Numbered from the stretch's first letter, positions 24,340 to 38,014 are shown. The stretch: DNA of 64,000 nucleotides from Octopus sinensis (GCF_006345805.1 NC_043006.1:37386001-37450000); one strand, 5' to 3'. A program made the numbers and translations. Notes: generated by a model not told the origin, from the letters alone.

Positions 24340-25000
24340 CAATGGTAGTGGTAGTGATGTTGATGGTAGTAGTGGCAGTGGTAGTGGTGGTGGGGACGGT
24401 GATCTTGGTAGTGATGACGGTGGTGTTGATGGCGGTGGTGGTGGTGGTAGTGGTGGTGGTGATGTTAATGGTGGTTATGGTCGTGGTCGTGGTCGTGGTG
24501 GTGGTAGTGGCGGTGGTTGTGGTGGTAGTGGTGGTGGTAATGGTGGTCGTAGTGGTGGTGATGTTAATGGTGGTTATGGTGGTGGTGGTGATGGTGGCGG
24601 TGGTGGCAGTGGTAGTGGTGATGGGAACAGTGATCTTGGTAGTGATGACGGTGGTGTTGATGGCGGTGGTGGTGGTGGTAGTCGTGGTGACGGTGGTGGT
24701 GTTAATGGTGGTGGTGGTGATGTTAATGGTGGTTATGGTGGCGGTGGTGATGGTGGCGGTGGTGGTGATTGAAGCGGAAATGATGTTGATGACGGTGGCG
24801 GTGGTAGTGATGTTGATGGTGGTGGCGACGGGTAGCTCTACTGGTGATGATGGTGGCGGTGGCGGTAACAGTTGACGTCGGTGATGGTTGTAACAGCGGT
24901 AGTGGTGATGGTAGAGGTAGTGGTGGTTGTGGTGATGCTGATGGTGGTGGCGATAGTAGAGGCAGCGGCGATTGTGACTAGAAAACAAACATAATAACAA
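24340..25000. repeat. (GGT)n-rich low-complexity tract with an internal duplicated block
   Basis: GTGATCTTGGTAGTGATGACGGTGGTGTTGATGGCGGTGG occurs at ~24400 and ~24630. Confidence 0.85.
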
Positions 25001-25249
25001 AAAAAAAAAAGGCGGAAGTTTTTGTCTATTGATGCGACAGAATGCATAGAAGCAACATGAAATCATTCACTGATATGATAAGCATCAAAGCTGCAAACGA
25101 GCCGAACAGACTGCTCCCAGGCTTGGAAAGTGTCCGACGAAACTAATCGATAGTAAAGTCGATATGGTTTTGCAGTCGCAAGACGAAGGAGAAAAACTAA
25201 TCGCTACTCCCTGGTATCTTATATTGTAGTTTATTTATGCCTTCCTTCA

Positions 25250-25252
25250 TTT

Positions 25253-25308
<56 letters not shown>

Positions 25309-25498
25309 CATTATTATTATTATTATATTATTATTATTATTATATTATTATTATTATTATTATTATTATATCATCATCATCATCATCATCTTCATCCTCA
25401 TTATTATTGTTATTATCATCGCCATCATCATCATTATTATTATCATCATCATTATTATCCTCCTCCTCCTCATCATTATTATTATCATCATCATTATC

Positions 25499-25552
<54 letters not shown>

Positions 25553-25658
25553 ATTTTTTTTTTTTTTCTTTTTTGATTTCTGTTTCCATTACATTTAAGT
25601 TACATTTCCTGATTGGTTGATATTATTCTTATATCTGTTGCTACTGTTGTTATTAGTC

Positions 25659-25696
<38 letters not shown>

Positions 25697-25890
25697 AATG
25701 ATGATGATGTTCTGATTGTGGCAGTTTTCCTGTTTTTCTCCTTTTTCCTTTCCGACTTTATTGTTCTTCTTGTTCTTATTAACGTTATTCTGCCTTATCC
25801 TTACTTAGTCTAAACATTGCTCTTCTTCTTTTTCTTCTTCTTCTTCTTCTTCTTCTTCTTCTTCTTCTTCTTCTTCTTCTTCTTCTTCTT
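25250..25890. repeat. (CAT)n/(TAT)n/(GAT)n/(CTT)n microsatellite cluster
   Basis: Direct reading. Confidence 0.95.
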
Positions 25891-26157
25891 CTTCTTCTTC
25901 TTCAACATCACCATCACGGCTTTCCACCTTTTTCTCCTCCTCCTCCTTCACCTCAATATTATTTTTATCATGAACAAGAATTCCTGTCAAAACCAACACC
26001 ACTACCGTCATGGTCAACGGCGGCGGTGGCGGCGTCACAGTTTTTTTTTTTTTTTTTTTTCATGTGTCTGTTCTTTTGATGGCAATCTCGTAGTGCACCG
26101 AATCGGCCAATATACTTTGATTTCCTGTTTGAAAAGTTAAGCTTCCGTTCTTCACAA

Positions 26158-26194
<37 letters not shown>

Positions 26195-26397
26195 CGCAAT
26201 ACAAGCAAACATACATAGGTTCATAGATTCATATACACACGCATGCATTCATATAAACATCCGTATCTACGTACTTGCACGCATACATACACACATACAT
26301 ACGTACATACATACATACATAGGTATACATACATACATACATACATACATACATACATACATACATACATTCATACATTCATACATACATACACACT

Positions 26398-26690
26398 TCC
26401 GTAGCAACGATGATATCGACAGGCTCCATCTAAGAAGAGACAAAGCTAGTGGAATCTTGAGATCAGTGCAGATAGCCTTCCAATGTCGTATAGTATATCT
26501 CAGACAACAATAACAAAAATATATATGCCTAGTAATGAAAAACTGGGAGGACAACATCCTATGTGTCGGTAGTGAGCTCCTCAGGAAGTACTTTCTTCTT
26601 AACGACCTCCAACACTTCTTCAAATCAGATAGACTTACATAACTCAGAGAAGCAGAGCATGCCACAAAATATTAAGCATGCCTATGCTTC
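26398..26690 (+). mobile_element. RLE-type (R4/Dong-like) LINE ORF fragment
   Basis: FRSNDDIDRLHLRRDKASGILRSVQIAFQCRI, resembling the post-RT 'D.DRLY..R..GG.GL' motif. Confidence 0.6.
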
Positions 26691-26739
26691 CCTCAGATTT
26701 GAAAATGAGAATAATATCGACATGAATTCTTTTCTACTA

Positions 26740-27351
26740 AGGCACAAGGCTCGAAATTTTGGGTTAGGGGTCCAGGCAATTACATCGATCCCAGTATGCA
26801 ACTAGTACTTAATTTATCGACCCCAAAAGGATGAAAGGTAAAGCTGACGTCGGCGGAATTTGAACTCAGAACGTAGCGACTGCTAAGCATTTCACCCGGC
26901 GTGCTAACATTTCTGCCAGTTCGCTGCCTTAGTGCGTCCATGAAATATCCTTTTCTATTTTAGGCACAGGGTTCGAAATTTTGGGGGGACGGGGCCAGTC
27001 GATTAGATCGACCCCAGTATGCAACTGGTACTTAATTTATCGATCCCGAAATGATGAAAGACAAAGTCTACCTCGGAGGAATTTGAACTCAGAATGTAAA
27101 GACAGACGAAATACCTATTTCTTTACTGTCCACAAGGGGCTACACATAGAGGGGACAAACAAGGACAGATAAACGGATTAAGTCGATTATATCGACCCCA
27201 GTGTGTAACTGGTACTTATTTAATCGACCCCGAAAGGATGAAAGGCAAAGTTGAACTCGGCAGAATTTGAACTCAGAACGTAGCGGCAGACGAAATACTG
27301 CTAAGCATTTCGCCTGGCGTGCTAACGTTTCTGCTAGCTCACCGCCTTATG

Positions 27352-27396
<45 letters not shown>

Positions 27397-27610
27397 GTTT
27401 CAAATTTTGTCACAAGGACAGTAATTTTGGGGGAGGAGATGAACCGATTACATCGACCCTAGTGTTCAACTGATACTTAATTTATCGACCCCGAAGGATG
27501 AAAGGTAAAGCTGACTTCGGCGGAATTTGAAAGCAGAACGTAGCAATGGATGAAATACAGCTAAGCATTTCGTCCAGCGCACTCACGATTCTGCCAGCTC
27601 ACCGCCTTAA
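26740..27610 (-). mobile_element. Array of SINE family A copies (monomer 26740-26930, dimer 26950-27345, monomer 27390-27610)
   Basis: Repeated ATTTGAACTCAGAACGTAG, GGATGAAAGG..AAAG..GAC and CTGCCAG.TC.CCGCCTT. Confidence 0.88.
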
Positions 27611-27779
27611 TACCGACAGGAATTGCAGCCTCCCTTGGACGTGTTGCCGCTACATCACATCGCACTTGGAAGGTTATGCGTTTGTAATCCAAGAACAGGA
27701 GATTGCTATAAAATTAATAATAAACAAAAGAGACAGCGAAGCCCTTGGAGCATTAACTGAAAATGTCGATTACGTTACA

Positions 27780-28250
27780 TTTCTTTGGAAGATATCAAAG
27801 CTATATTTTCGTGGAAGAAGGTTTATATTCCTATAACCTGTATTAACCCTTTATATAACCCTTTAAAATGGAAGATAAGAACGTTCATTTTCGGCACTTG
27901 ATGCTTTGGGAACCAGACGAAAATTGCTGCAGCTCGGTTGGGATGTGTTACCCCACCCTCCATATTCACCAGATATTGCTCCTTCGGATTTCCACTTATT
28001 CAGGTCTCTGCAGAATAGTCTTAATGGTAAAAATTTCAATTCCTTGGATGACGTAAAAAGCTACCTTGATGAATTCTTTGCCATGAAACCACCTCAATTC
28101 TGGGAAGAGGGTATTTTCAAGTTAAACGAATGATGGATACGCATTATGCAACAAAATGGTTCATATCTGGTTGATTAAAAATTTAATGGCAAGTATTTAT
28201 TGACTTTTTCTTTCCTTTAAAAATCGGCACGAACTTTCCAGACAACCCAA
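27780..28250 (+). mobile_element. Internally deleted mariner
   Basis: The N-terminus MEDKNVHFRHLML (27868) is fused directly to RRKLLQLGWDVLPHPPYSPDIAPSDFHLFRSLQNSL...NGSYLVD*. Right TIR ...GAACTTTCCAGACAACCCAA|TA. Confidence 0.88.
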
Positions 28251-29538
28251 TACTATAGGCAATAGACAAACCAATATTATAGGCACAAGGATTGAAATTT
28301 GGAGATAGTGGGTTAGTCGATTACATCGACCTCAGTGTTACACTGGTACGCAATTTATCGACCCCGAAGGATGGAAGGCAAAGTCAACCTCGGCGGGATT
28401 TGAAATCACAACGTACTGACGGACGTATTGCGGCTAAACATTTAGCACGGCTTGCTAACGATTCTGCCAATGAAAATGAAAATAAAAACTGTCTTGGAAT
28501 GAATATAGAGAATTCTTCTGTTGTTGAACATACATAAATATCAACGCAGAGCATGTTAGTGAGATGTTTGAATTAAAAAAAACCCAAAAAAACCTGTCAA
28601 GTGCAAGCATAACAGACCGGATGTAGTTCTCAAGTTCAACAACATATGACTTTGTTTTTAGTTACCTATATTCCAAACGTAGAGTTCTGTATCTTTGTTG
28701 AAAACGAATAATTAAAAATAGAACATACATGCACACGAACACAAACATACATCATTACACACGCACGCACATGCATGCATGCATACATACATACATACAT
28801 ACATAATACATACATACATACATACTTTCCAGAAGTTTATCATTTAAATATATATGATCATGTCTAGATATGCAACTATATGCATGAGAATACATACATA
28901 AACAAAACATACAAATCTGCACACATATATACACGCATACATACATACATATATATATACATACATACATACATACATACATACATACATACATGCATAC
29001 ATACATACAAAAATACCTTGTTGATGTTGAAATTCTACTGAAGGATCTAGGTTAGAAACCGGCTCTTTCTCTATTGGCAAGATATCTTGTTATAAAACTG
29101 AACAATCACTTGCATACATATATATAGGCATACATAAATGATAGCCGCTTTAAGTGGGAATTGAACCGGTGAGTGTGTTAATTAATAAGGCATTAAAACA
29201 GAATCTCTCTCCCCAGGAACAATAACATGTGTGTGTGTTTATCCCCTACCATCGTCTGACAACCGGTGTTGGTGTACATACGTCTCCGTAACCAAACGGT
29301 TCGGCAAAGAGACTTATAAACTAAGTACCATGCTTAAAAGTTAATAAATAATAAGTACTGGGGTCGTTTCAGTCGACTAAGCAAAATTCATGGCGGTGCC
29401 CCAGTATGGCTGCAGTCTAATGACTGAAACAAGTAATAGAGATAAAGAGATACTGGAGCGAAATCTGACCAAATTGAAATCAGTTTCGAATTAAGCACAG
29501 ATCAGTAATCATTATTCCAACACTATGTTTGGTAACGC

Positions 29539-29917
29539 AAGGCAGCCGGGCGAAATGCTGAGCGGTATTTTGTCTGCGGTTACGTTCTGAGTTCAAATTC
29601 CGCCGAGGGCGACTTTACCTTTCATCCTTTCAGGGTCGATTAAATAAGTACCAGTTACGCACTGGGGTCGATATAATTGACTTAATCCGTTTGTCTGTCC
29701 TTGTTTGTCCTCTCTGTGGTTAGCCCCTTGTGGGTAGTAAAGAAATAGGTATTTTGTCTGTCTTTACGTTCTGAGTTCACATTCCTCCGAGGTCGACTTT
29801 GCCTTTCATCCTTTCGGGGTCGATAAATTAAGTACCAGCTGCATACTGGGGATCGATCTATTCGACTGGCCACCTCCCCCAAAATTTCAGGCCTTGTACC
29901 TAGAGTAGAAACGAATT
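29539..29917 (+). mobile_element. SINE family A dimer flanked by a 13-bp TSD
   Basis: TGTTTGGTAACGC at 29526-29538 and 29918-29930. Confidence 0.9.
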
Positions 29918-31614
29918 TGTTTGGTAACGCGATTTCTTTTCAACACTCGAAGCTACCAAAGCTGTTATAAATGAGTGCTCTAAATATCTTTATCGTTTTT
30001 CTTCATCTTTTACCGGTTTCAGTCATTGGACTACGGCCATGCTCGGGCACCCCCGCGAAGGGCTTCGGTGCAAAAAAAAAATCTGAGCACTTGTATTTTT
30101 TGTTGGTTTTTAAAATCTGATAACTTATTTTATCGCTCTCTTTTATCGAATCGCGAAGTTGCGGGAACGTAATGAAACTAAAACCAGTTAGCAAGTGGTG
30201 GTGGTGGAGGTGGGGATCAAACACAAGCACAATACGCTCACACACATGCGTACGCGCACGCACATATACTACAGTCTTCCACTCAGTTTCCGTTTGCTAT
30301 CAACCAAATTCACTCATGTAGTATTGGTCGGCCTGGAGCTTTAGTATGGGTTCCCATAAGGATTTGATACACTTGCTTATATAATGGTGAAAAAATGAGG
30401 GCTTTTGACAAGCGGTGTTGGTTTGCTTACGTCACCGTAACTCAGCAGTTAGGCAAAAGAGGCCGATACAAGAAATACCTGACTTAACAATAAAGTAGTG
30501 GGGGTCGATTTGTTCCAATACACCCTTCAATGAGGAGACTTAGCATGGCCGTAGTCCAATGCTCTGAACACGTAAAAGAAGAACAAATGTGTGTGTGTGT
30601 GTGTATGTGAGTTCAATTTGGCTGTGTTTCCCTCAGTGTGTGTGTCTATATGTATTTGTGTGTGTGCGAGGATGAAGATGATGGTGGTGGTGGTAGTGGT
30701 GCTGCTGCTGGTGATGGTGATTGTAGTAGTGGCGGTGGTGGTACTGTTTTGTTCGTGCGTGTACGTATAAGAAATGGGGCGGAATGGAATCGGTAAATCA
30801 ATGTTAGCGACAACGAAACCAATCTGACAATAAGGTAAAGGATGTTGTAAAGAGGAGAGGAGGGGGTGGGGGAAGGGCTGGGGGTCAAAATACGAGAAAT
30901 ATTGATTTACTAAAAGAGACACGTTTCGAAGAGAAAGTCGCTGCTGCTGATGTTGTTGTTGCTGTTGTTGCTGTTGTTGTTGTTGTTAGGTCCGAGCTAG
31001 AATCGATAGAATAGATCTATTTTCAAAGCATTCAAGTTGTGACCTGCCTCTCTTTATATATACACAACATACATATCTATGCATACATGCATGTATGTAT
31101 GTATGTATGCATGCATGCATGCATGTATGTATGTATGTATGTATGTATGTATGTATGTATGTATGTATGTATGTATGTATGTATATATGTATATGTGTAT
31201 GTATGTGTGTATGTATGTGTGTATGTATGTATACATATATACATACACACACGCACACACACGTGCACACATGCATGTTTTATCTTCTATCTTTTACCTT
31301 TTCCAGCCTGTAAGACTTTGGCCATGCTGGAGTACTGTCTTGAAGGATTTAGTTGAACACATGAGCCGCAGGACTTTCTTAAAGTATAGAACTTATTCTC
31401 GGGCTCTCTTTTGGACGTAAACGGACCGACATCGGTTATCATGTGATGGTGGGTAACAAATAAAAGCACAAAGATACACACACGCGCGCGTGCGCACATA
31501 CAAACGTATAAATAATTAATTAAATAGATGGAGAGACAAGAAAAAAAGAAACAACACGAGGACGTAGTATGCTAAGTATTAATGAAACGACCAGAGAAGG
31601 AAAGAAAGAATGGT

Positions 31615-31651
31615 TGTTTTACGTTTCGAGCAAAGTTCCTCTTCAGAAACA
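31615..31651 (-). ncRNA. Minimal type-I hammerhead ribozyme fold with canonical core, in a pLTR-like repeat (~31510-31798)
   Basis: UGUUU CUGAAGA G GAAC UUU GCUC GAAA CG UA AAACA. Helix I is 5 bp, helix II has one A-C mismatch, helix III is the palindromic ACGU, and the cleavage triplet is GUA (31622-31620). Confidence 0.72.
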
Positions 31652-31816
31652 GGAGACATAGGAAAGTCCAAAAGAAAAGGAAGAAGGAGGAAAAAAAAAG
31701 TCGCCAAGCTTATTATTTCCTATGTTCTTGCCTCAAGGCTTTCACTCTACACACGCCAGCTGAACTTGATTCGTCTTTATGAGTAGAAAGACACCTGTTG
31801 TAGAAGCTTCCTATAT

Positions 31817-31924
<108 letters not shown>

Positions 31925-32169
31925 GTATGTATGTATGTATATATAGGAAGCTTCTACATAGTTTCCGTCAAACAAATTCACTCACAAGGCACTAGTCATC
32001 CAAGAAGACATTTACCTTAGCTGCAGCTTGGAACTGAACCCGAAACCGTGTGATAGCAAATTGAGCTTCTTAACCACACAACGATGCTTGCATACTCCTA
32101 AACACACTTGTATATACAATCTCGACCAGACCATCAGATGAAGTTATATACCGCTGGTCATGATGCGCT

Positions 32170-32645
32170 TCCAATTTTGTCTAGATTCTTTTCCATTTGC
32201 TCCCAAACTGCTCAAACTAAATCGTCTACCCATTATCGTCGTGGAAATCTCCCAAGGGGCCTTTCCCGATCTTTTGGATACTACTCAGTAACTGCACAGG
32301 TCCACCTGTTGTCTGTGATCCTTACGACGTGTCCGGTTCAGCGGAACTTTTGCTTTCAGTATTCTGTGACCACATCATTCATTCCGCTCTGTTATCGAAT
32401 TATCTCATCTGGAATATATTCTTGTGATGAAAATCCTAGCATGGATCTTTCCATCATCCCTCGTATCGTAGCCAATCGATGTTCTATCCTCTTCGTAACA
32501 GCCCACGTCTCACTTACCATTCAGAACTCAGGTAGGACGGTGCCATTGAAGTGTCTGACACGTATAATATTGTTTAGCTTTGTTTTGATCACGCCCTTCA
32601 TGGAGTTAAACGCCTTCAATTCTTCACTTACTAAATTAGTGATGT
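32170..32645 (-). mobile_element. RTE-clade LINE ORF C-terminal fragment
   Basis: The minus strand gives ETWAVTKRIEHRL..MERSMLG...KFR*TGHVVRITDNRWTCAVTE*YPKDRERPLGR..WVDDL, with several stops. Confidence 0.85.
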
Positions 32646-33289
32646 ATTAACAGTGTTTGGTTTCATTGCTGTACTACAGAACATATCTATAAATTCTTTA
32701 GCAACATTGTACAATGATGATTACATTGTGCAATGACGACTGTAAGCAATTTGTACATATTTTTTTGAAAATTAATGAAAAAGACAATAAGAGTACGAAG
32801 AAGGAATTTACTTCCCTTGAAAATGAAACCTGAGGAAGAGTAATTCATCTCCTATGAATAAAATCCCATTTTTTTGTGAAAAGAAGCCCCTGGCCCCCCT
32901 CTCCAGTGAGGTATCTACCTCCGGTGAAGGGGAGCTCATTTCTCATGAAGACTGATCCTTCTCCTCCCCAAATGGAATGCATTTCACAGCTCTTCTCAAA
33001 GACAAGTTACTGATGTAGAACATATATATCAGATGTAAGAAGACGAGCCAAACGAAGTACGAATTAATAAATAATAAAATAAATAAACAAATAAAACTAC
33101 AGACAAAACTAACATATTTCGGATGTGTGCTCGCCTAGCAAGTTACTTGATCTGTGACCGTGTTGAAGCTAAAACCATTACAGCAGGAAAGAAACATGTT
33201 AGCCTTTCAAAAACACGCAAAACAAGTTAATTTCATTTAAAAATTCATTATTTAGTGTCAAAATTTCTTTCGCACCATATAATCCTTTC

Positions 33290-33645
33290 TGCTCTAAGCA
33301 CAAGGCCTGACATTTGGGGGAGGGAGATAATCGATTACATCGATCCCAGTGATTTACTGGTGCTTAATTTATCACCCCCGAAAGGGATGAAAGTCGACCT
33401 CGGCGGAATTTGAACTCACAACGTTCTTTTCTTTTCTACTCTAGGCACAAGGCCCGAAATTTTTAGGGGAGGGGGCCAGTCGATTAGATTGACCTCAGTG
33501 CGCAACTGGTACTTGATTTATTGACCCCGAAAAGATAAAAGGCAAAGTCGACCTCAGAGGAATTTGAACTCAGAACGTAGCGACGGGCGAAATACTGCTA
33601 AGCATTTCTCCGGACGTGCTAACGATTCTACCAGCTCACCACCTT
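33290..33645 (-). mobile_element. Two SINE family A copies
   Basis: Two core modules, each with a tail-1 end. Confidence 0.85.
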
Positions 33646-33692
33646 ATCACTGAAAGAATGACACAAATACGCTTGCCTGAACTGCATGTAAG

Positions 33693-33724
<32 letters not shown>

Positions 33725-33767
33725 TAAATGAGTAAATGTGTATGTGTGTGTGTGTGTGTGTGGTGAA

Positions 33768-34015
33768 GGCGCATGGCTTAGTGGTTAGGGTATTCGACTT
33801 ACGATTGTTAGTTCGTGAGTTCGATTCTCTGCCGTGTGTTGTGTAACTGAGCAAGACACTTTATTTCATGTTACTCTAGTCCATTCATCTGGCAAAAATG
33901 AGTTGTACCTGCATTTCAAAGGGTCGGCCTTGCCACACTTTGTGTCACGCTGAATCTTCCTGAGAACTACGTTAAGGGTACGCGTGTCTGTGGAATGCTC
34001 AGCCACTTGCATGCC
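33768..34015 (+). mobile_element. CORE-like SINE family C
   Basis: A box TGGCTTAGTGG, B box GAGTTCGATTCT, CORE-like CTGAGCAAGACACTTTATTTC...CATCTGGCAAAAATGAG. Other copies at ~47690-47965 and 57184-57350. Confidence 0.85.
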
Positions 34016-34507
34016 CAATGCCCTACAAATGAACTTTGTAGACGGTAACTCAAAGAAGCCTACCGCATATGTGTGTGTGTGTGTGAGGGAGAGAGAGAGA
34101 GAGTCCAGTTCAAAATGCGTCTTCAAAACTTATCTTAAAATCAATATTATGTAAAGCTTTCATTTTTTTCCCCCGATGTACGATATTAAATTGTAGCTTT
34201 GAACTTAAAGTAATATGAACAACTGTGCATGTAATATCTATTAAATAATATTTGAGAAAACACTTCAAACGAAAAGAAAAAAAAGTCAAGCTTTTAATAA
34301 ATATAACATACACAAGCTAGATTACAAAAAACCAATTTACTTATTTCAACAAAACGAATGAACTTATCTGTAAATTAGATGAAATATTGCAAAGTATTAC
34401 ATTACTTAAAAGAGAGTTTATAATTAGCGGGTTCCGTACATGTGTGTGTGCGTGTTTGTACTACTTGAACGTTAGCTCAGTGGACTAGTCAATATAATAC
34501 AGGGTTT

Positions 34508-34920
34508 AAGGCGACGAGCTGGCAAAAACATTAGCACGTCGGGCGAAATGTGTAGCGGTATTTCGTCTGTCTTTACGTTCTGAGTTCAAATTCCGCCGAG
34601 GTCGACTTTGCCTGGTCGATAAATTAAGTACCAGTTGAGAACTCGGAACGATCTAATCGATTGGCCCCTACACCCGCTCCCCCAAAATTTAGGGCTTTGT
34701 GCCTAGAACAGAAAAGAATATAATATCCGGTCTGAGAGCGGTGAGCTGGCAGAATCGTTAGCACGCTGGGCAAAATGCTTAGCAACATTCGTCTTCACGT
34801 TCAAATTCCGCCGAAGTCGATTTTACCTTTCATAGAATAATTACAAATTGAACACTGGGGTCAATGTAATAGACTTATTCCCACCCCGAAGTTGCTGGCC
34901 TTATGTCATTTTTAAAAAAA
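34508..34920 (+). mobile_element. Two SINE family A copies separated and flanked by copies of one target sequence
   Basis: TCAATATAATACAGGGTTT (34489-34507), AATATAATATCCGGTCT (34717-34733), TCAATATAATACCGGGTTT (34921-34939). Confidence 0.8.
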
Positions 34921-35026
34921 TCAATATAATACCGGGTTTGTTGAAGTCATTTTATAACTTCAATATAATTGAGACGTTCATAAGCGTGTGACTTGAAGGA
35001 GAGTTGTTGCTGTCGACAGTCTACAA

Positions 35027-35374
35027 CAGTAGTTTTCAACGGGAGTCCATGTGACCCCTGGGGGTTCATATAAGAATTTGGGGGGTCCACACGAGAAAAG
35101 TAGTAAATTGGGGACCAAAGAACTCCTTTATGGGTCCATTTAAAAATTTTGCTTCAAATATATTTGTTACAAGAAACAGTTAAATTTCTTTCTCTGGTTA
35201 GAGAAAAAAATTTAACTGTTTCTTGTAACCAGCTATTGAAACTTTTGTTTTTCAGATAATGTTATTTCAAACGTATCAAAAGAATAGTTTTTAAACATCA
35301 AATCTCTATGGTGGTCCACCAGAATAAAACAATAATCAAAGGGCTTCATGTTAAAAAGTGGTTACGAACCACAG
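35027..35374 (+). mobile_element. hAT (Charlie-like) MITE
   Basis: Ends CAGTAGTTTTCAAC... and ...GGTTACGAACCACAG, matching CAGTGGTTCTCAACC-type TIRs. Other copies at 40958-41228 and 44450-44980; single ends at ~47577 and ~63432. Confidence 0.78.
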
Positions 35375-35722
35375 GTCCGTAGGCTACATGTTGGCACGTT
35401 GTAAATTAAATTGTTGTCGTTAACAGCCCCATCTCGGGAACGGAGAAGCCTGAAGAATTTGGATAGGATTCTCAAAATATTCCAAAGTGTCCCAGTACCT
35501 ACTTACATTCAGCTGAGAAATGCGTGATTTAATGTCAAATAACGGAAGAGGCACAGACTAGAGGTAATCTGTTAGTATTTGGGAATAACCAAAAGCATTG
35601 CAGTTGCTGTTGAAGGAAAATCCATTTATCCCGGAAATGTGAATTGCAGCCCAGACACACAATCCGGGTAAATACCAAAATTCATACAACAATCATATAT
35701 ATTTTTTTAACAGGTCGATGTG

Positions 35723-35755
<33 letters not shown>

Positions 35756-36347
35756 ATTTGTCCCTCATCACCGCTTGGCAACCGATGTTGGTGTGTTTAC
35801 GTCCCTGTAAATTAGCGGTTCGGCAAAAGACACCGATCAGGCTTACAAGAAAAAGAAAAGAAAAATTAATACAAGGATTTATTCATTCGACTAAAAATAC
35901 AATCAAGGTGATGCCACCAGCCTGGCCGCAGCTTAATGACTGAAACGAGTAAAAGACGGATGATTAAAGATATATATATTCGTGTGCTCTGATGTGCGAA
36001 GCATCGACTGAAAGCAAACAAATTCAAATATGCTTGAGTGATATTTGAACCTGTAAAATTCACAGAAGACAAATTCAAATCTTCCCCGTCCCCTTCAATT
36101 GCGCATCTACACACGAATAGTCACGTTCAAATCTGTCAGGGCGTAGCAACGTAAGCAGGATTTACTATGCAAGTCACCGTTCGGATTTTCGCTGTTGACC
36201 ACGCGCACGACGCTAAAGATTAAACTGATATAATTCCATAAACTCTTGGATTATTTCGTGAACATAAAGCGTTTTATTTGTTCAGACACTTTGTACGAAG
36301 ACCGTAAGTTACATAATTCAGTAACTGAATTATTATATTATTATATA

Positions 36348-37254
36348 TTGTGTTGGCGCATAATTATTGCGGCTTTTTTCAAGAAATTTTTATTGAACAA
36401 AAACAATAACAACATGTACCAAAAACACCTTTAAATGATCATTCTGGAGTATATTCACCATCTACTTCAATTACTGCTTCCCATTTGCTTGGCAGACGAT
36501 CTAACCGTCATTTAAAGATGTTGTTAAATATTATTGTTTTTGTTGAATAAAATTTGTTGAAAAAAAAAAGCCGCAATAATTATGCGCCAACCCAATATGC
36601 ACACATGCATACATACATACATTTATATATATATACATATGTATATAGTTATATAAATATATATACATATACATATATTAGGTTACTGCATAATTATTGC
36701 AGCTTTTTTCAAACAAATTTTATTCAACAAAAACAATAACATGTAACAAAAACATCTTTAAATGATTACTCCGGAGCATATTCACCATCTACTTCAATTA
36801 TGGCTTCCCATTTGCTTGGCAGACGGTCAGACCGTCATTTAAAGATGCTTTTGTTAAATATTCTTATTATTTTTGTTGAATAAAATTTGTTGAAAAAAAA
36901 AAGCCGCAATAATTATGCGCCAACCCAATATGCACACATGCATACATACATACATTTATATATATATACATATGTATATAGTTATATAAATATATATACA
37001 TATACATATATTAGGTTACTGCATAATTATTGCAGCTTTTTTCAAACAAATTTTATTCAACAAAAACAATAACATGTAACAAAAACATCTTTAAATGATT
37101 ACTCCGGAGCATATTCACCATCTACTTCAATTATGGCTTCCCATTTGCTTGGCAGACCGTCATTTAAAGATGCTTTTGTTAAATATTCTTATTATTTTTG
37201 TTGAATAAAATTTGCTGGAAAAAAAAAAGCCGCAATAATTATGCACCAACTCAA
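36348..37254. mobile_element. Three tandem mariner MITEs (36348-36595, 36678-36928, 37011-37254), period 333 bp
   Basis: TIRs TTG(T/G)GTTGGCGCATAATTATTGCGGCTTTT with TA flanks. The minus strand retains PSKWEAVIEVDGEY, a transposase C-terminus. Confidence 0.9.
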
Positions 37255-37644
37255 TCTTAACATTTTCCAACGTCGTTTACACTGCTTTGACGAACCGTTA
37301 GACTATTCTTAATACTTGTTCGTTGTTACTATTTTTTTCTTTCCTGTTAAGGGTTAAACAAGAACAAATTTTTAACAAAATGTCACGAAGCTTATGGACC
37401 TATAACCTTCTCTTTGAAAAGAACGACCCTTATGTAAAATTTCATTGGCTTAGTTGGAAAACTGTGGCCTACAACTTGGATGATGTGTGCGTGCAATCAC
37501 TAATACACACACACACACATACACACACACATACATACATTCATACATACATACATACATACATACATACATACATACATACATACATACATACATGCAT
37601 ACATATCATACATATATACATTATATGTGTATATACATACATAC

Positions 37645-37685
<41 letters not shown>

Positions 37686-37824
37686 TATATTATATATATA
37701 TATGGAGGGAGAGAGAGATAAAGGAGAGTGAGAGAGCGCGGAGAATAAGAATGAGAGAAATAAAGATAGATGCATGCATTTATATGCTCCTATATATGCA
37801 TATGTATATATATGCATATATATG

Positions 37825-37870
<46 letters not shown>

Positions 37871-37880
37871 GTATACACAC

Positions 37881-37939
<59 letters not shown>

Positions 37940-38014
37940 TGTGTGTGTGTGACTCCGTATGTTTCTCATGCGCTGTATGCGGATGTGTCTGTGTGCATGC
38001 GAGTGTGTGTGTGT

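Noticed and set aside
24293-24875. Gly-rich ORF (GGDVNGGYGG repeats) resembling a structural protein
   Set aside because: All frames are open because of the (GGT)n composition. There is no signal peptide or convincing splice context, and a similar tract sits in the NTPDase intron (4765-5200).
29020-29075. CTGAAGG...GAAACCGG as a further hammerhead
   Set aside because: The core lacks A9, and I could not form helix I or helix II in this copy.
32108-32650. 180-aa plus-strand ORF
   Set aside because: Antisense shadow of the RTE fragment.
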